Assembly: GCA_036559785.1 (NCBI GenBank)
Contig: DATBSM010000067.1
Span: forward strand, 1-32,440
Length of the DNA stretch: 32,440 bases
Reading direction: 5' to 3'
Origin: Gemmatimonadales bacterium
Lineage (GTDB): Bacteria > Gemmatimonadota > Gemmatimonadetes > Gemmatimonadales > GWC2-71-9
This document shows, piece after piece, positions 8,232 through 17,760 of the stretch. The notes below the pieces were generated by a model, which was not told the DNA's origin, did no database searches, and saw nothing but the letters and a program-made list of their open reading frames with translations. Positions within the stretch are counted from its first letter, which is position 1. Each line of letters opens with the position of its first letter. Both the position numbers and the translations under genes were made by a program.

Positions 8232-9224
8232 TCAGGGGAGGGTGCGGAGCCAGGTCATTCGAAGCCCCAGTTCCAGGGCGAGCAGCAGCAGTCCGGGAAT
8301 CAGGGCAAACAAGTAAAGCTCCCGGTAGTCGCGCATCTCTTGAACGGAAACGTCCTGTCGCTCGAGCGGATCGATCTCGCGCATGATCCGCCGGAGCGCC
8401 TCCGGATCGTTGGCCCGGTAATACTGGCCACCGGTCCGGGACGAGATGCGGGTCAGTACGGCTTCATCCGAGCGGCTCAAGCGGGCAGGAGTGCGGCCCC
8501 AGCGCCAGATCAGATTGCGGTCCGCCTGGGAGGTGTCGGCCGAGCTGAGTCCAATAGAGTGAATCCGGATGCCGAGTGACCGGGCTACTTCCGCCGCGGC
8601 ATAGGGCGACGGCTTCCCGGTGTTGTTGGCGCCGTCGGTGATCAGCACGATCACGCTGGCCTTCGGCGGCAGATCCTTGAGCTGATTGAGGCTCATTGCC
8701 AGTGCCGTTCCAATCGCGGTGCCATCGGGTAGCATCCCGATATCCACCCGCTCGATCGTCTGACCCAGCAAATCAGTATCGGGGGTAAGCGGAGCCTGGA
8801 GGAAGGTGCGTCCGGCAAACGTCACCAGGCCGATGAGGTCACCCTGGCGACGTTGCACGAAGTCGTTGAGTACTCGTCGAGCGACCTCCAGCCGGTTGCC
8901 CGGTTGAAAGTCTCGCGCTTTCATGCTGCTCGAGATATCCAGGGCCACCATGATGTTGCGGGAGCGCAGCCGGATGTCCCGGACGTCGTGGGCGAGCTGT
9001 GGACGGGCCAAGGCGGCGATCAGGAGCGCGAGCCCGCCGACACGCAGCACCGCCAGCAGCGGCCGCCATCTCGCCCGTCGGCTCGGCCGGACATCCTGAA
9101 GGAAGGCAAGCGCGGGAAAGCCGATATGCTCCGGCGGCACTCGACGCCGTCGGATCCACGCAAGTGCGGCATAGCCGAGTGCCGCTATCAGCAGCAGCAG
9201 GAGCAAGGGGTCAGCGAACCGCAT
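8232..9224 (-). CDS. VWA-domain membrane protein (BatA-like)
   Basis: MRFADPLLLLLLIAAL N-terminus. MIDAS motif NIMVALDISSSM. VIVLITDGANN. C-terminal TM. Start is ATG 9224, or GTG 9230; either overlaps the upstream gene end at 9211. Confidence 0.88.
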   Translation of the reverse strand: MRFADPLLLLLLIAALGYAALAWIRRRRVPPEHIGFPALAFLQDVRPSRRARWRPLLAVLRVGGLALLIAALARPQLAHDVRDIRLRSRNIMVALDISSSMKARDFQPGNRLEVARRVLNDFVQRRQGDLIGLVTFAGRTFLQAPLTPDTDLLGQTIERVDIGMLPDGTAIGTALAMSLNQLKDLPPKASVIVLITDGANNTGKPSPYAAAEVARSLGIRIHSIGLSSADTSQADRNLIWRWGRTPARLSRSDEAVLTRISSRTGGQYYRANDPEALRRIMREIDPLERQDVSVQEMRDYRELYLFALIPGLLLLALELGLRMTWLRTLP

Positions 9225-10164
9225 CGACACTCTCTTCGGCGGGGCGAGCCTCGTGCCAGGTTTGGAGCAAGAGGCGGGCGCGCCTCAGGTAGTCGGCCGC
9301 GCCGGCCTCGCCCGGGCGCACGCGAGCGAACTTCACCAGGTCGGCTTCGCTCAGAACGTCGTGGCAGCGGTCTCGAATACCGGCCCTGGTGAGGTAGGGC
9401 GGAAGCGCCCAGAGCAGCTCCGAGGTAGTGCGCTCGCAGGCGCTGACGCTCTCCGCGGCCTCGAGGTATTGACGCAGTGCCTGCGCCACGGCCTCATAGT
9501 GGGCTGCTACGCTGCCTCGGGATGGCCAGCGTTCCCGCTCTACGGCATCCAGGCGGTCGAGAGCGTTCTGGTAGGGCGTTGGCATCACCGGTTCGGCGGC
9601 AGTCACGGGCGGCAGCGAAGCTGCCGGGCGGCCCCGCCGCCGACTGATCAGCGCGTACCCGGCCGCGGCACCCAGGAGCGTCAAAACGATCGCCGTGAGC
9701 GGGAGTAGTGAGATCGGCCTAGGGTCGAGCTCCTGGATGTCCTTCAAGGCCGGGTTGCCGGCAGGCAGGAGAGGGGTGATGTCCACGAAGGCCGAGTCGC
9801 TGACGAGTGTGGCCCGGCTGACTCCCTTGACGGCTCGCATGAAGGGCAGCCCAAAGGTGGGGATCGGCTGCTTGCCTGGGCGAAAGAAGGCGAGCCGCGC
9901 CCGCCCGTGAAAGATGCGATCCGGTGTACGGCTCAGCTTCTCGACCGAGAGGATCCGGACTCCCGGCGGGAGTACGCCGATGATCCCGGGGATGGTGTCG
10001 AACAGGAGGTCGCGCTCGTCCAGACGGACCCGAAACCGGATGGTGACCGAGTCGCCTACGGTGGGGTTGGAGGTCTCGGGTATCACCTCGAACGACTGGC
10101 CACCGACCTGAGCTGCTACCGGTTGCGAGCAGAGTAGAGCGATGACAGCCGCCCTTATCGCCAC
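9211..10164 (-). CDS. Membrane protein combining a BatD-like periplasmic N-terminal part with a DUF4381-like C-terminal part
   Basis: GTG start overlapping the DUF58 stop by 10 nt. Signal peptide (AAVIALLCSQPVAAQ), central TM (LLPLTAIVLTLLGAAAGYALI), and a C-terminal helical part ending with the ADLVKFARVRPG motif I associate with DUF4381. The family call is from memory, not a search. Confidence 0.6.
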   Translation of the reverse strand: MAIRAAVIALLCSQPVAAQVGGQSFEVIPETSNPTVGDSVTIRFRVRLDERDLLFDTIPGIIGVLPPGVRILSVEKLSRTPDRIFHGRARLAFFRPGKQPIPTFGLPFMRAVKGVSRATLVSDSAFVDITPLLPAGNPALKDIQELDPRPISLLPLTAIVLTLLGAAAGYALISRRRGRPAASLPPVTAAEPVMPTPYQNALDRLDAVERERWPSRGSVAAHYEAVAQALRQYLEAAESVSACERTTSELLWALPPYLTRAGIRDRCHDVLSEADLVKFARVRPGEAGAADYLRRARLLLQTWHEARPAEESVDAVR

Positions 10165-11036
10165 AGCATCCGCTCCCGCCGGCGAAAGAAGGCCAGGAGC
10201 GGCTCGGCATACGGATGTCCGGTCTCCAGCCGCACCAGGTCTGCGCCCTGCTCTCGCAGCCCTCGCTCCAGCTCGAGGTCGAACTGTTCCATTCGTCGGC
10301 GAAACGCACTTCGCACCGGCTCACTCGTGGTATCGAGGTACCGCCAGTCGCCGCTCTCCGGATCGCGCAGGGTGACCAGGCCTGCATCGGGGAGCTCCCG
10401 CTCCCGGGCATCCGAGAGCTGCACGGCGATCACATCGTGCTTGCGGGCCAAGCGGCCCAACGCGGACTGGTAGCCTGGGGCCATGAAATCGGAGACGATA
10501 AACAACACCGAGCGCCGGCGGAGCACGGATTCCAGATATTCCAGAGCCAGGTTGAGGTCGGTGCCGGAGCCCGCAGGCTCGAAGGAGAGGAGCTCGCTGA
10601 TGATGCGGAGCGCGTGGCGCCGGCCCTTTCTGGCCGGAATCATTCGCTCGACCCGGTCGGTAAAAAAGAGGGTGCCGACTCGATCGTTGTTGCGTGCTGC
10701 TGCCAATGCCAGGACAGCACAGACTTCCGTGGCCAGGTCCCCCTTGGTCCGGACCCGAGTGCCGAATCGGTTGGAAGCGCTGAAGTCGACCACGAATCCG
10801 ACGGTAAGCTCCCGTTCCTCCAGGTAGCGCTTGACGTAGGCCGAGCCCAGGCGCGCGGTGACGTTCCAGTCGATCGTACGAACGTCGTCTCCCGGCTGGT
10901 ACTCGCGCACCTCGGCGAATTCGACACCTCTCCCGCGAAAGGCGCTGGAGTACTCGCCGGCCACGATGTCCCGCACCAGGTGCCGGGTCGTGATCTCGAT
11001 CCGCCGCACCTCGTGCATGACCTCTTCGGGACTCAT
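10155..11036 (-). CDS. DUF58 family protein (MoxR-associated, VWA-like fold)
   Basis: Hallmark motif YQPGDDVRTIDWNVTARLG. Later LFIVSDF. ATGA overlap with the MoxR stop. Confidence 0.9.
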   Translation of the reverse strand: MSPEEVMHEVRRIEITTRHLVRDIVAGEYSSAFRGRGVEFAEVREYQPGDDVRTIDWNVTARLGSAYVKRYLEERELTVGFVVDFSASNRFGTRVRTKGDLATEVCAVLALAAARNNDRVGTLFFTDRVERMIPARKGRRHALRIISELLSFEPAGSGTDLNLALEYLESVLRRRSVLFIVSDFMAPGYQSALGRLARKHDVIAVQLSDARERELPDAGLVTLRDPESGDWRYLDTTSEPVRSAFRRRMEQFDLELERGLREQGADLVRLETGHPYAEPLLAFFRRRERMLWR

Positions 11037-12040
11037 GGTACCGGAACGGTCTCGAAGATCCTCGCCAGGAGGGCATCGGAGCCAACCCCTTCGGCATCGG
11101 CCCGATAGGTGAGGAGCAGCCGGTGACGGAGCAGGTCGAGGCCCAGGGCCTTGATATCCTCGGGCATGACATACGAGCGGCCCTGCAGAAACGCGTGCGC
11201 CTTGGCGGCACGGATGAGATAGATCGAGGCTCTGGGTGACGCGCCGTATTCGATGAGCGGCGCGAGATCGGGCAGTCCCGCGGCCGCCGGCTGACGGGTG
11301 GCGGCCACCAGATCCAGCACGTACTCCTTGATCCGGCCGTCCACATACACCCCCTGCACCAGCTGACGGGCGAGGAGGATGCGCTCGGGGTCGAGCACCT
11401 GCCGCGCTGTCGGCTCGGGTCCAGCCGTCATCCGGTCGAGCACCTCACGCTCTTCCCGGCGCTCCGGATAAGTCACGACCAGCTTGAACATGAACCGGTC
11501 GACCTGGGCCTCGGGCAACGGATACGTTCCCTCGTGCTCGATCGGATTCTGGGTCGCAAGCACCAAAAAGAGCTCGGGCAGGGGAAATGTCTGGCCTCCG
11601 ATGGTGACCTGCTTCTCCTGCATCGCTTCCAGTAGCGCGCTCTGCACCTTTGCCGGCGCCCGGTTGATCTCGTCCGCCAGCAGGACGTTGGTGAAGACCG
11701 GCCCCTTCTGGACCGTAAAGTCACCGCTGCGCTGATTGTAGACCATGGTCCCGATGAGGTCGGAGGGCAGCAGATCGGGGGTAAACTGAATGCGGTGGAA
11801 TCCACCCGCGATGGAGGCGGCCAGGGTGCGCACGGCCAGGGTCTTGGCCAGCCCGGGAACTCCCTCGAGGAGGACGTGTCCATCGGCGAGGAGGCCGATC
11901 AGCAGCCGCTCGACCATCGCATGCTGGCCGACGATCACCTTGCCCAGCTCCTGGGTGACTTCGCCGAGCATCCGGCTTTCCTCGATCAACCGGGGATCGG
12001 GCTCTGGGGCTGAAAGAGCACGAGCGTCGAGCGTACTCAT
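11033..12040 (-). CDS. moxR: MoxR-family AAA+ ATPase
   Basis: 335 aa. Walker A LLEGVPGLAKT. Walker B VLLADEINRAPAKVQSALLEAMQE. Typical MoxR C-terminus. ATGA start/stop overlap with the RND pump gene. Confidence 0.93.
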   Translation of the reverse strand: MSTLDARALSAPEPDPRLIEESRMLGEVTQELGKVIVGQHAMVERLLIGLLADGHVLLEGVPGLAKTLAVRTLAASIAGGFHRIQFTPDLLPSDLIGTMVYNQRSGDFTVQKGPVFTNVLLADEINRAPAKVQSALLEAMQEKQVTIGGQTFPLPELFLVLATQNPIEHEGTYPLPEAQVDRFMFKLVVTYPERREEREVLDRMTAGPEPTARQVLDPERILLARQLVQGVYVDGRIKEYVLDLVAATRQPAAAGLPDLAPLIEYGASPRASIYLIRAAKAHAFLQGRSYVMPEDIKALGLDLLRHRLLLTYRADAEGVGSDALLARIFETVPVP

Positions 12041-15000
12041 CCCGTAGCTCCGGCGGGCCTTGCCTCACCCGTGCCCGGCTCAGTGTAGGACAGCGGCTCC
12101 TTCACCTTCTTGTGCGCCAGTCGCTTCTGCCACGCATCGAGGTAGGTGTACACCACCGGCGTGATGTACAGGGTGATGATCTGGGAGAAGAGCAGGCCTC
12201 CCACCACCACCACGCCGAGCGGTCGCCGAGACTCGGCGCCGGCGCCGTGTCCCAACGCGATCGGCAGGGTGCCTACCAGCGCTGCCATGGTGGTCATCAT
12301 GATCGGGCGGAACCGGACCGCGGCTGCCTCCAGAATTGCCTGGCGGGCGCTGCTGCCCTCCCGCCGTTCCGCCTCGATGGCGAAATCGATCATCATGATG
12401 GCGTTCTTCTTGACGATGCCGATCAGCATGATGATCCCGACAAAGGCGTAGATGCTGAGGTCGAGCTGAAAGATCAGAAGCGCGAGCAAGGCTCCGAAAC
12501 CGGCGAAGGGAAGCCCCGAGAGAATGGTGAGCGGATGAACGAAGCTCTCGTACAGAATGCCGAGGACGAGGTAGATGACCAGGATCGCCAGTACCAGGAG
12601 AATCAGCAGACCCTGCTGGGCTGCCTGGAAGGCCTGGGCGGTGCCGGCGAAACTGGTGCTGATGGTCGAGGGCAGCACCTCACGAGCGGCGGCATCTACT
12701 CGATCCACCGCCGTCCCGATCGATGTTCCGGGCAGGAGGTTAAAAGAGAGAGTCACCGACGGGAGCTGGCCCGAATGGTTCACGGTGAGCGGGCCGGTAG
12801 ACGGCGTCACCTTGGCCAGGCTTCCGAGCGGCACTGAAACTCCCTGGCGGCCCGTGATGTGGAGCATGCTCATTGCCGACAGGTCTCGCTGGTACTGAGG
12901 CAGCAGTTCCATCACCACCCAGTACTGATCATTGGGGGTGTAAATGGTGCTGACCTGGCGAGCGCCATAGGCGTTATAAAGGCCGTTCTCGATCTGATTC
13001 ACATCGATGCCGAGCGCCGCCGCCCGGTCGCGGTCGATGGCCACCTGGACCTCAGGGTTCTTAATCTGCAGATCGCTGGTGACGCCGGCCAGCCCGGGCA
13101 CATCGTGCAGCCGACGCTCCAGTGTCGCAGCTCCCTGGTACAGGGCCGCGATGTCGGAGCTCTGGAGAGTGAACTGGTAGTCACTCTTCGACGAGCGGCC
13201 GCCGATGTTGATGACCGGCGGGTTCTGAATGAACACCCGCATTCCGGGAACGGCCGCGAGCTTCTGGGTAAGCGAGCGGGCCACCTCGTCGGCGGTCATG
13301 TCGCGCTCGCTGGTGGGCTTGAGGTGCATGATCAGGCGCCCCTGATTGACCGTCCGGCCCCCGCCACCGACCGCCGACATGAATCCGTCTATGTTGGGAT
13401 CCTCCTGAACGATGGCGGCCACGGCCTGCTGATGCTTGACCATGGCGTCGTAGCCGGTTCCCTCGGCGGCCTCGGTGGTCGCTACCAGCTGGCTCTGATC
13501 CTCGCTGGGGATGAACGCCTTGGGAACGATGCGGCCAAGCACTACCGTGCCCACCAGAATCAGGGCGCCGAATGCGATGGCCATGCCCCGCCGGTCCATC
13601 ACCCAGCTGAGACTTTGCTGGTACCAGCCCAGCGATTTTTCCCAGGCGCGCTCAATGGCGGTATAGAAGCGGCCGTGCCGCTCGTCAGACCGATGAGGCT
13701 TGAGCCAGCGGCTGCAGAGCATCGGCGTGAGGGTAAGCGAGATGAAACCGGATACCAGGATGGCCGCCCCGATGGTGACGGCAAACTCCTGGAATAGCCT
13801 TCCGATGAGGCCCCCAAGGAACAGAATGGGAATGAATACCGCCACCAGCGACAGGGTCATCGATAGGACGGTAAAGCTGATCTCCCGGCTTCCGTTGATG
13901 GCTGCTTCCATGACCGCCTCGCCCCGTTCGATATGCCGGACGATGTTCTCCAGCACCACGATGGCGTCGTCCACCACGAATCCCACCGCCAGGGTGAGCG
14001 CCATCAACGAGAGGTTGTCGAGGCTGTAACCCAACAGCTTCATGACCGCAAAGGTCCCGACCAGCGACATGGGGAGGGCCAGACTCGGGATCATCGTCGC
14101 CCGAAGGTTCCGGAGGAACAGGAAGATCACCATCACCACCAGACAGAGCGCCAGGAGAAGAGTGAACTTCACATCGTTCACCGAGGCCTTAACCGTCTGG
14201 GAGCGGTCGTTGAGCGTCGCGATGTCGATGGACGGGGGAATCTGGTTCCGCAGCCGGCTCACCTCCGCCTTGACTCGATCCGCCACGGCCACCGTGTTGG
14301 TACCGGGCTGGCGCTGGATCGCGAGCACCACTGCCCGCTGCCCGTTGAACCAGCTCGCGCGTTTGGTATCCTGCACGCTGTCCACCACCCGGCCCAGGTC
14401 CCGCAGCCGTACCGGCGCGCCGTCGCGGTAGGCCACGACGAGTCCACCGAATTCGGCCGCATTGTTGAGCTGACCCTGGCTCTGCACCGAGAACGCCTTA
14501 TCAGTGCCCCACAGGATCCCGGTCGGGAGGTTCACGTTGCCGTTCTCAACCGCCAGGCTGACCTCGTCGATGCCGATGTTCCGGACCGCGAGCTGCTGGG
14601 GATCGAGCTGGATCCGGACCGCATACTTCATCGATCCATACACCTGCACCTGCGCGACCCCGTCGATGGTCGAGAGCCGCTGAGCCAGAAAGGTTTCCGC
14701 GTACTCGTTGAGCTGGGGCAGGGGGAGCGTGGTGGTGCGCAGCGCGTAATAGAGAATGGGCTGCGACGAGGGGTCCACCTTCCGGTAGCTCGGCGGCAGA
14801 ACATCCCGGGGAAGCTGTCGCTGGGCCTGGGAGATGGCTGCCTGCACGTCCTGGGCAGCGGCGTCGATGTTCCGGCTCAGTGCAAACTGAAGCGAGATCG
14901 AGGTGCTGCCCTGGGTACTGGTCGAGGTCATGGTCTCGACCCCAGGGATGGTGGAGAACTCCTTCTCCAGCGGAGTGGCAACCGAGGATGCCATCGTCTC

Positions 15001-15168
15001 CGGACTGGCACCAGACAGACTGGCATTCACCGAGATGGTAGGGTAGTCCACCGCCGGCAGATCGCTCACCGGAAGCTGCCGGTAGGCCACCACGCCAAAG
15101 ATCAGAATACCGGCCATGACCAGGGTGGTCATGACCGGGCGCCGAATGAAGAGCTCGGTAAAGTTCAT
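12037..15168 (-). CDS. RND efflux transporter permease (AcrB/MdtB-C-like)
   Basis: 1043 aa. Canonical N-terminus MNFTELFIRRPVMTTL. Two large periplasmic loops and repeated 6-TM halves. ATGA overlap with the MFP stop. Confidence 0.95.
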   Translation of the reverse strand: MNFTELFIRRPVMTTLVMAGILIFGVVAYRQLPVSDLPAVDYPTISVNASLSGASPETMASSVATPLEKEFSTIPGVETMTSTSTQGSTSISLQFALSRNIDAAAQDVQAAISQAQRQLPRDVLPPSYRKVDPSSQPILYYALRTTTLPLPQLNEYAETFLAQRLSTIDGVAQVQVYGSMKYAVRIQLDPQQLAVRNIGIDEVSLAVENGNVNLPTGILWGTDKAFSVQSQGQLNNAAEFGGLVVAYRDGAPVRLRDLGRVVDSVQDTKRASWFNGQRAVVLAIQRQPGTNTVAVADRVKAEVSRLRNQIPPSIDIATLNDRSQTVKASVNDVKFTLLLALCLVVMVIFLFLRNLRATMIPSLALPMSLVGTFAVMKLLGYSLDNLSLMALTLAVGFVVDDAIVVLENIVRHIERGEAVMEAAINGSREISFTVLSMTLSLVAVFIPILFLGGLIGRLFQEFAVTIGAAILVSGFISLTLTPMLCSRWLKPHRSDERHGRFYTAIERAWEKSLGWYQQSLSWVMDRRGMAIAFGALILVGTVVLGRIVPKAFIPSEDQSQLVATTEAAEGTGYDAMVKHQQAVAAIVQEDPNIDGFMSAVGGGGRTVNQGRLIMHLKPTSERDMTADEVARSLTQKLAAVPGMRVFIQNPPVINIGGRSSKSDYQFTLQSSDIAALYQGAATLERRLHDVPGLAGVTSDLQIKNPEVQVAIDRDRAAALGIDVNQIENGLYNAYGARQVSTIYTPNDQYWVVMELLPQYQRDLSAMSMLHITGRQGVSVPLGSLAKVTPSTGPLTVNHSGQLPSVTLSFNLLPGTSIGTAVDRVDAAAREVLPSTISTSFAGTAQAFQAAQQGLLILLVLAILVIYLVLGILYESFVHPLTILSGLPFAGFGALLALLIFQLDLSIYAFVGIIMLIGIVKKNAIMMIDFAIEAERREGSSARQAILEAAAVRFRPIMMTTMAALVGTLPIALGHGAGAESRRPLGVVVVGGLLFSQIITLYITPVVYTYLDAWQKRLAHKKVKEPLSYTEPGTGEARPAGATG

Positions 15169-16289
15169 AAAGCCCCCAGCCGTGTTGTGTCGGCCGCCAC
15201 CTTGATCTGCACCTTCGAGCCTTGGCGCAGGCGCAGCTGGCCGTCGACCACCACTCGGTCGCCCGGCTGGACATCGCCGGTCACAATGGCGAAGTCTCCC
15301 GCGGTCCGGGATACCGTCACGGCCTTGGTCGACGCCGAGCTATCTGCCTGAATGACGAACACGAAGTTCCCCTGCTGTCCGGCGACGACCGCCGCGGCCG
15401 GAACCACCAGGGCATCCGGCTCGACATATAGCTGAAGCCGCACGTTGACGAACCCACCGGGCCAGAGCGAGCCGTCGTCGTTGGGAAAGCGGCCCTTGAG
15501 CAGGATCGTGCCGGTGGTGGAATCCACGGCATTGTCCACGAAACTGAGGGTGCCCTCGCTCGTCTCGCCGCCACCGGACGGTTCGGCGCGGACGACCAGG
15601 TCCTTGCCGAGATGCGCCTGAATGAGCGGCAGGTTGTCGGCCGGGACCGCAAAGCGGACCAGGATCGGCCGGAGCCGGTTGATCCTGACCAGCGGCTCCG
15701 AGGCGGTGCCCCGCACCAGATTGCCCTCGCGGACGAGGAGACTTCCGGTGCGTCCCGTGATCGGGGCGCGGATGGTAGCGTACTGCAGGTTGAGCCGGGC
15801 CTGGTCGACCGCGGCCTGGCTGCCGGCCAGGGTCGCCTCGGTTGCGGCGGCACTGGTCTTCGCCTGATCGTATTGCTGCGAGGTCACGTACTCCTTTTCC
15901 ACCAGCGATTCGTAGCGCTTTGCTTCCTGCGCGGCATTGGCCGCCTGGGCCCGGTCACGCGCCAGCATGGCAGCCGCCTGGTCGAGCGCGGCCCGATAGG
16001 GACGTGGGTCCAGCTCGAAGAGCACCTGCCCCTGCTTGACCTCGTCGCCTTCCGTAAAGGCGACCCGCCGGATGATTCCGCTCACCTGGGCCTGCACCGA
16101 TACGGTCTGGAGTGGCTCGACCGTTCCGGTGGCTGGAAGCTCGAGTGGCATGGCCCGCCGCTCGGCGGTGGCGACGGTAACCGGGATGGGCGGTGTCGGT
16201 GGGGCCTTCTTTTCGGCACAAGCCACCAAGGCCAGGAGGCCAAGCAGGGCTCTCCAGGTCCAGGTCCCGGTCCTGGTACGAGATCTCAC
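15165..16289 (-). CDS. RND efflux periplasmic adaptor (MFP) lipoprotein
   Basis: Lipobox LALVAC. Coiled-coil hairpin region and RAPITGRTG barrel motif. Start set at GTG 16289, 7 nt after the OMF stop with GAGGA just upstream; the ATG at 16385 would overlap the OMF gene by 89 nt. Confidence 0.88.
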   Translation of the reverse strand: MRSRTRTGTWTWRALLGLLALVACAEKKAPPTPPIPVTVATAERRAMPLELPATGTVEPLQTVSVQAQVSGIIRRVAFTEGDEVKQGQVLFELDPRPYRAALDQAAAMLARDRAQAANAAQEAKRYESLVEKEYVTSQQYDQAKTSAAATEATLAGSQAAVDQARLNLQYATIRAPITGRTGSLLVREGNLVRGTASEPLVRINRLRPILVRFAVPADNLPLIQAHLGKDLVVRAEPSGGGETSEGTLSFVDNAVDSTTGTILLKGRFPNDDGSLWPGGFVNVRLQLYVEPDALVVPAAAVVAGQQGNFVFVIQADSSASTKAVTVSRTAGDFAIVTGDVQPGDRVVVDGQLRLRQGSKVQIKVAADTTRLGAL

Positions 16290-16296
16290 GGTGTCC

Positions 16297-17760
16297 TCAT
16301 CGTGGGGGCTGCTGGGGTACGGAGTCCTGGGTGAGGCGCAGCGGGCTGCTGCCTCGCGGATCCAGGATGCCTGCATCGCGGGCAAGCTGAGCGAGCGAGG
16401 TGTTCCACTCCAATCGGGCCAGAACCTGTTGTGCCCGCGCCTGGGCGAGGGCGCTCTGAGCCGACAGGAGATCCAGAAACGATCCTACCCCGGCCTTGTA
16501 GCGGCCAAGTGCCACCTCGCTGGATTGGGTCGCGCTGGAGATGAGATCGCCGGCGGTACGGACCCGCCGGGCCGCGGTCTGCAGCGCGTAGTAGGAGCGG
16601 AATACCTCAAAGACGACCTGCTGCCCCAGGGCGTCGGCGCGAGCCGACGCGGCGTCCGCCAGGGCGGTCGCCTCCCGCTGGTCGTACAGCCGCGAGAAGC
16701 CGGCGAAGAGTGGAATCCGAAGGCCCAGTGACAGGGTGTAGTTGTTCCCACCGTCCGGGAGCGTCGTGGTATACGTCCGTCCCCCGACTCCGTTCAGCAC
16801 CAGCGAAGGCAGCCGGCTGGCACGCGCCACCGAGATCTGCGATTGGGAGGACTCGAACTCCGCCCGCGCGGCGGCGAGGTCAGGCCGGCCTTCAACCGCT
16901 CCAGCTATGAGAACGTCTACACTGTCAGCCAGAACGGAGACCGGCAATTCGGCCGCGACCGAATCAACCTCGAATGGAAGATTAGCCGGCAATCCGAGCG
17001 ACAGCGCCAGGGCGCCGTGGGAGGTCTTGAGGCCGCCCTCAATGATCTGGGCCACGAGCTCGGCCTGGGATGCGGCGGTCTGGGCCTGGAGGACGTCGGC
17101 GATGGTGGCCACCCCCACCCGTTTCCGCTCTTCGGCGGCTGCCAGGTTGGCTCGGGCCTCACGAGTGGTGGTCTGCTGTGCCGCAAGCAGGGCGCGGTTG
17201 GCAATGTACTGGAAGTACGCCCCCTGGATCTGAAGGACCACGTCCTGCAGGGTGGCGTTGTGGGTGAAGTTCGCCGCCAGAAGAGCGTTTCGGGCCGCGC
17301 CCACATTGCCGGAGCGGCCGCCAAAATCGAATAGGAGGTACGAGAGGCTGATGCTCGGATTGACTACCGACTGGCTGACGGCGCTTCGACCCTGCGAGGC
17401 GACGGTCTTGAGCCGGGTGACCGTCACATCGCCGTCCACCGTCGGGTAGTACGCGCCTCGCTCCGAACCGTAGGCGGCGGCGGCCGCGCGGGCGTTGGCC
17501 CAGGACAGGCGGGTGAGCGGATTGTTGCGAAGGCCCAGGTCCACCACCTCGGCCAGTGTGAGCTCGCGGATCCGCTGCTGAATATCAGGCGGCACGGGAG
17601 GCGGGGCCGCCACCTCCCGGGAGCGCTCCGCGGCCGGCGGCGTCCAGGCCACGCTCGAAGAAGGGGGCACTCCGGCCACTCCACCGAGCGAGGGTGTCCC
17701 GGCACAGGCGAGCGAGCCGAGGGCCAGTGAGGCCGCGGTCCAGCGAAGCGCCGCGGTCAC
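16297..17760 (-). CDS. TolC-like outer membrane efflux factor (OMF) lipoprotein
   Basis: 487 aa. Signal plus lipobox (ALGSLAC). Two internally repeated alpha-helical/beta-barrel halves typical of the TolC/OprM family. GTGA overlap with the regulator stop. Confidence 0.9.
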   Translation of the reverse strand: MTAALRWTAASLALGSLACAGTPSLGGVAGVPPSSSVAWTPPAAERSREVAAPPPVPPDIQQRIRELTLAEVVDLGLRNNPLTRLSWANARAAAAAYGSERGAYYPTVDGDVTVTRLKTVASQGRSAVSQSVVNPSISLSYLLFDFGGRSGNVGAARNALLAANFTHNATLQDVVLQIQGAYFQYIANRALLAAQQTTTREARANLAAAEERKRVGVATIADVLQAQTAASQAELVAQIIEGGLKTSHGALALSLGLPANLPFEVDSVAAELPVSVLADSVDVLIAGAVEGRPDLAAARAEFESSQSQISVARASRLPSLVLNGVGGRTYTTTLPDGGNNYTLSLGLRIPLFAGFSRLYDQREATALADAASARADALGQQVVFEVFRSYYALQTAARRVRTAGDLISSATQSSEVALGRYKAGVGSFLDLLSAQSALAQARAQQVLARLEWNTSLAQLARDAGILDPRGSSPLRLTQDSVPQQPPR

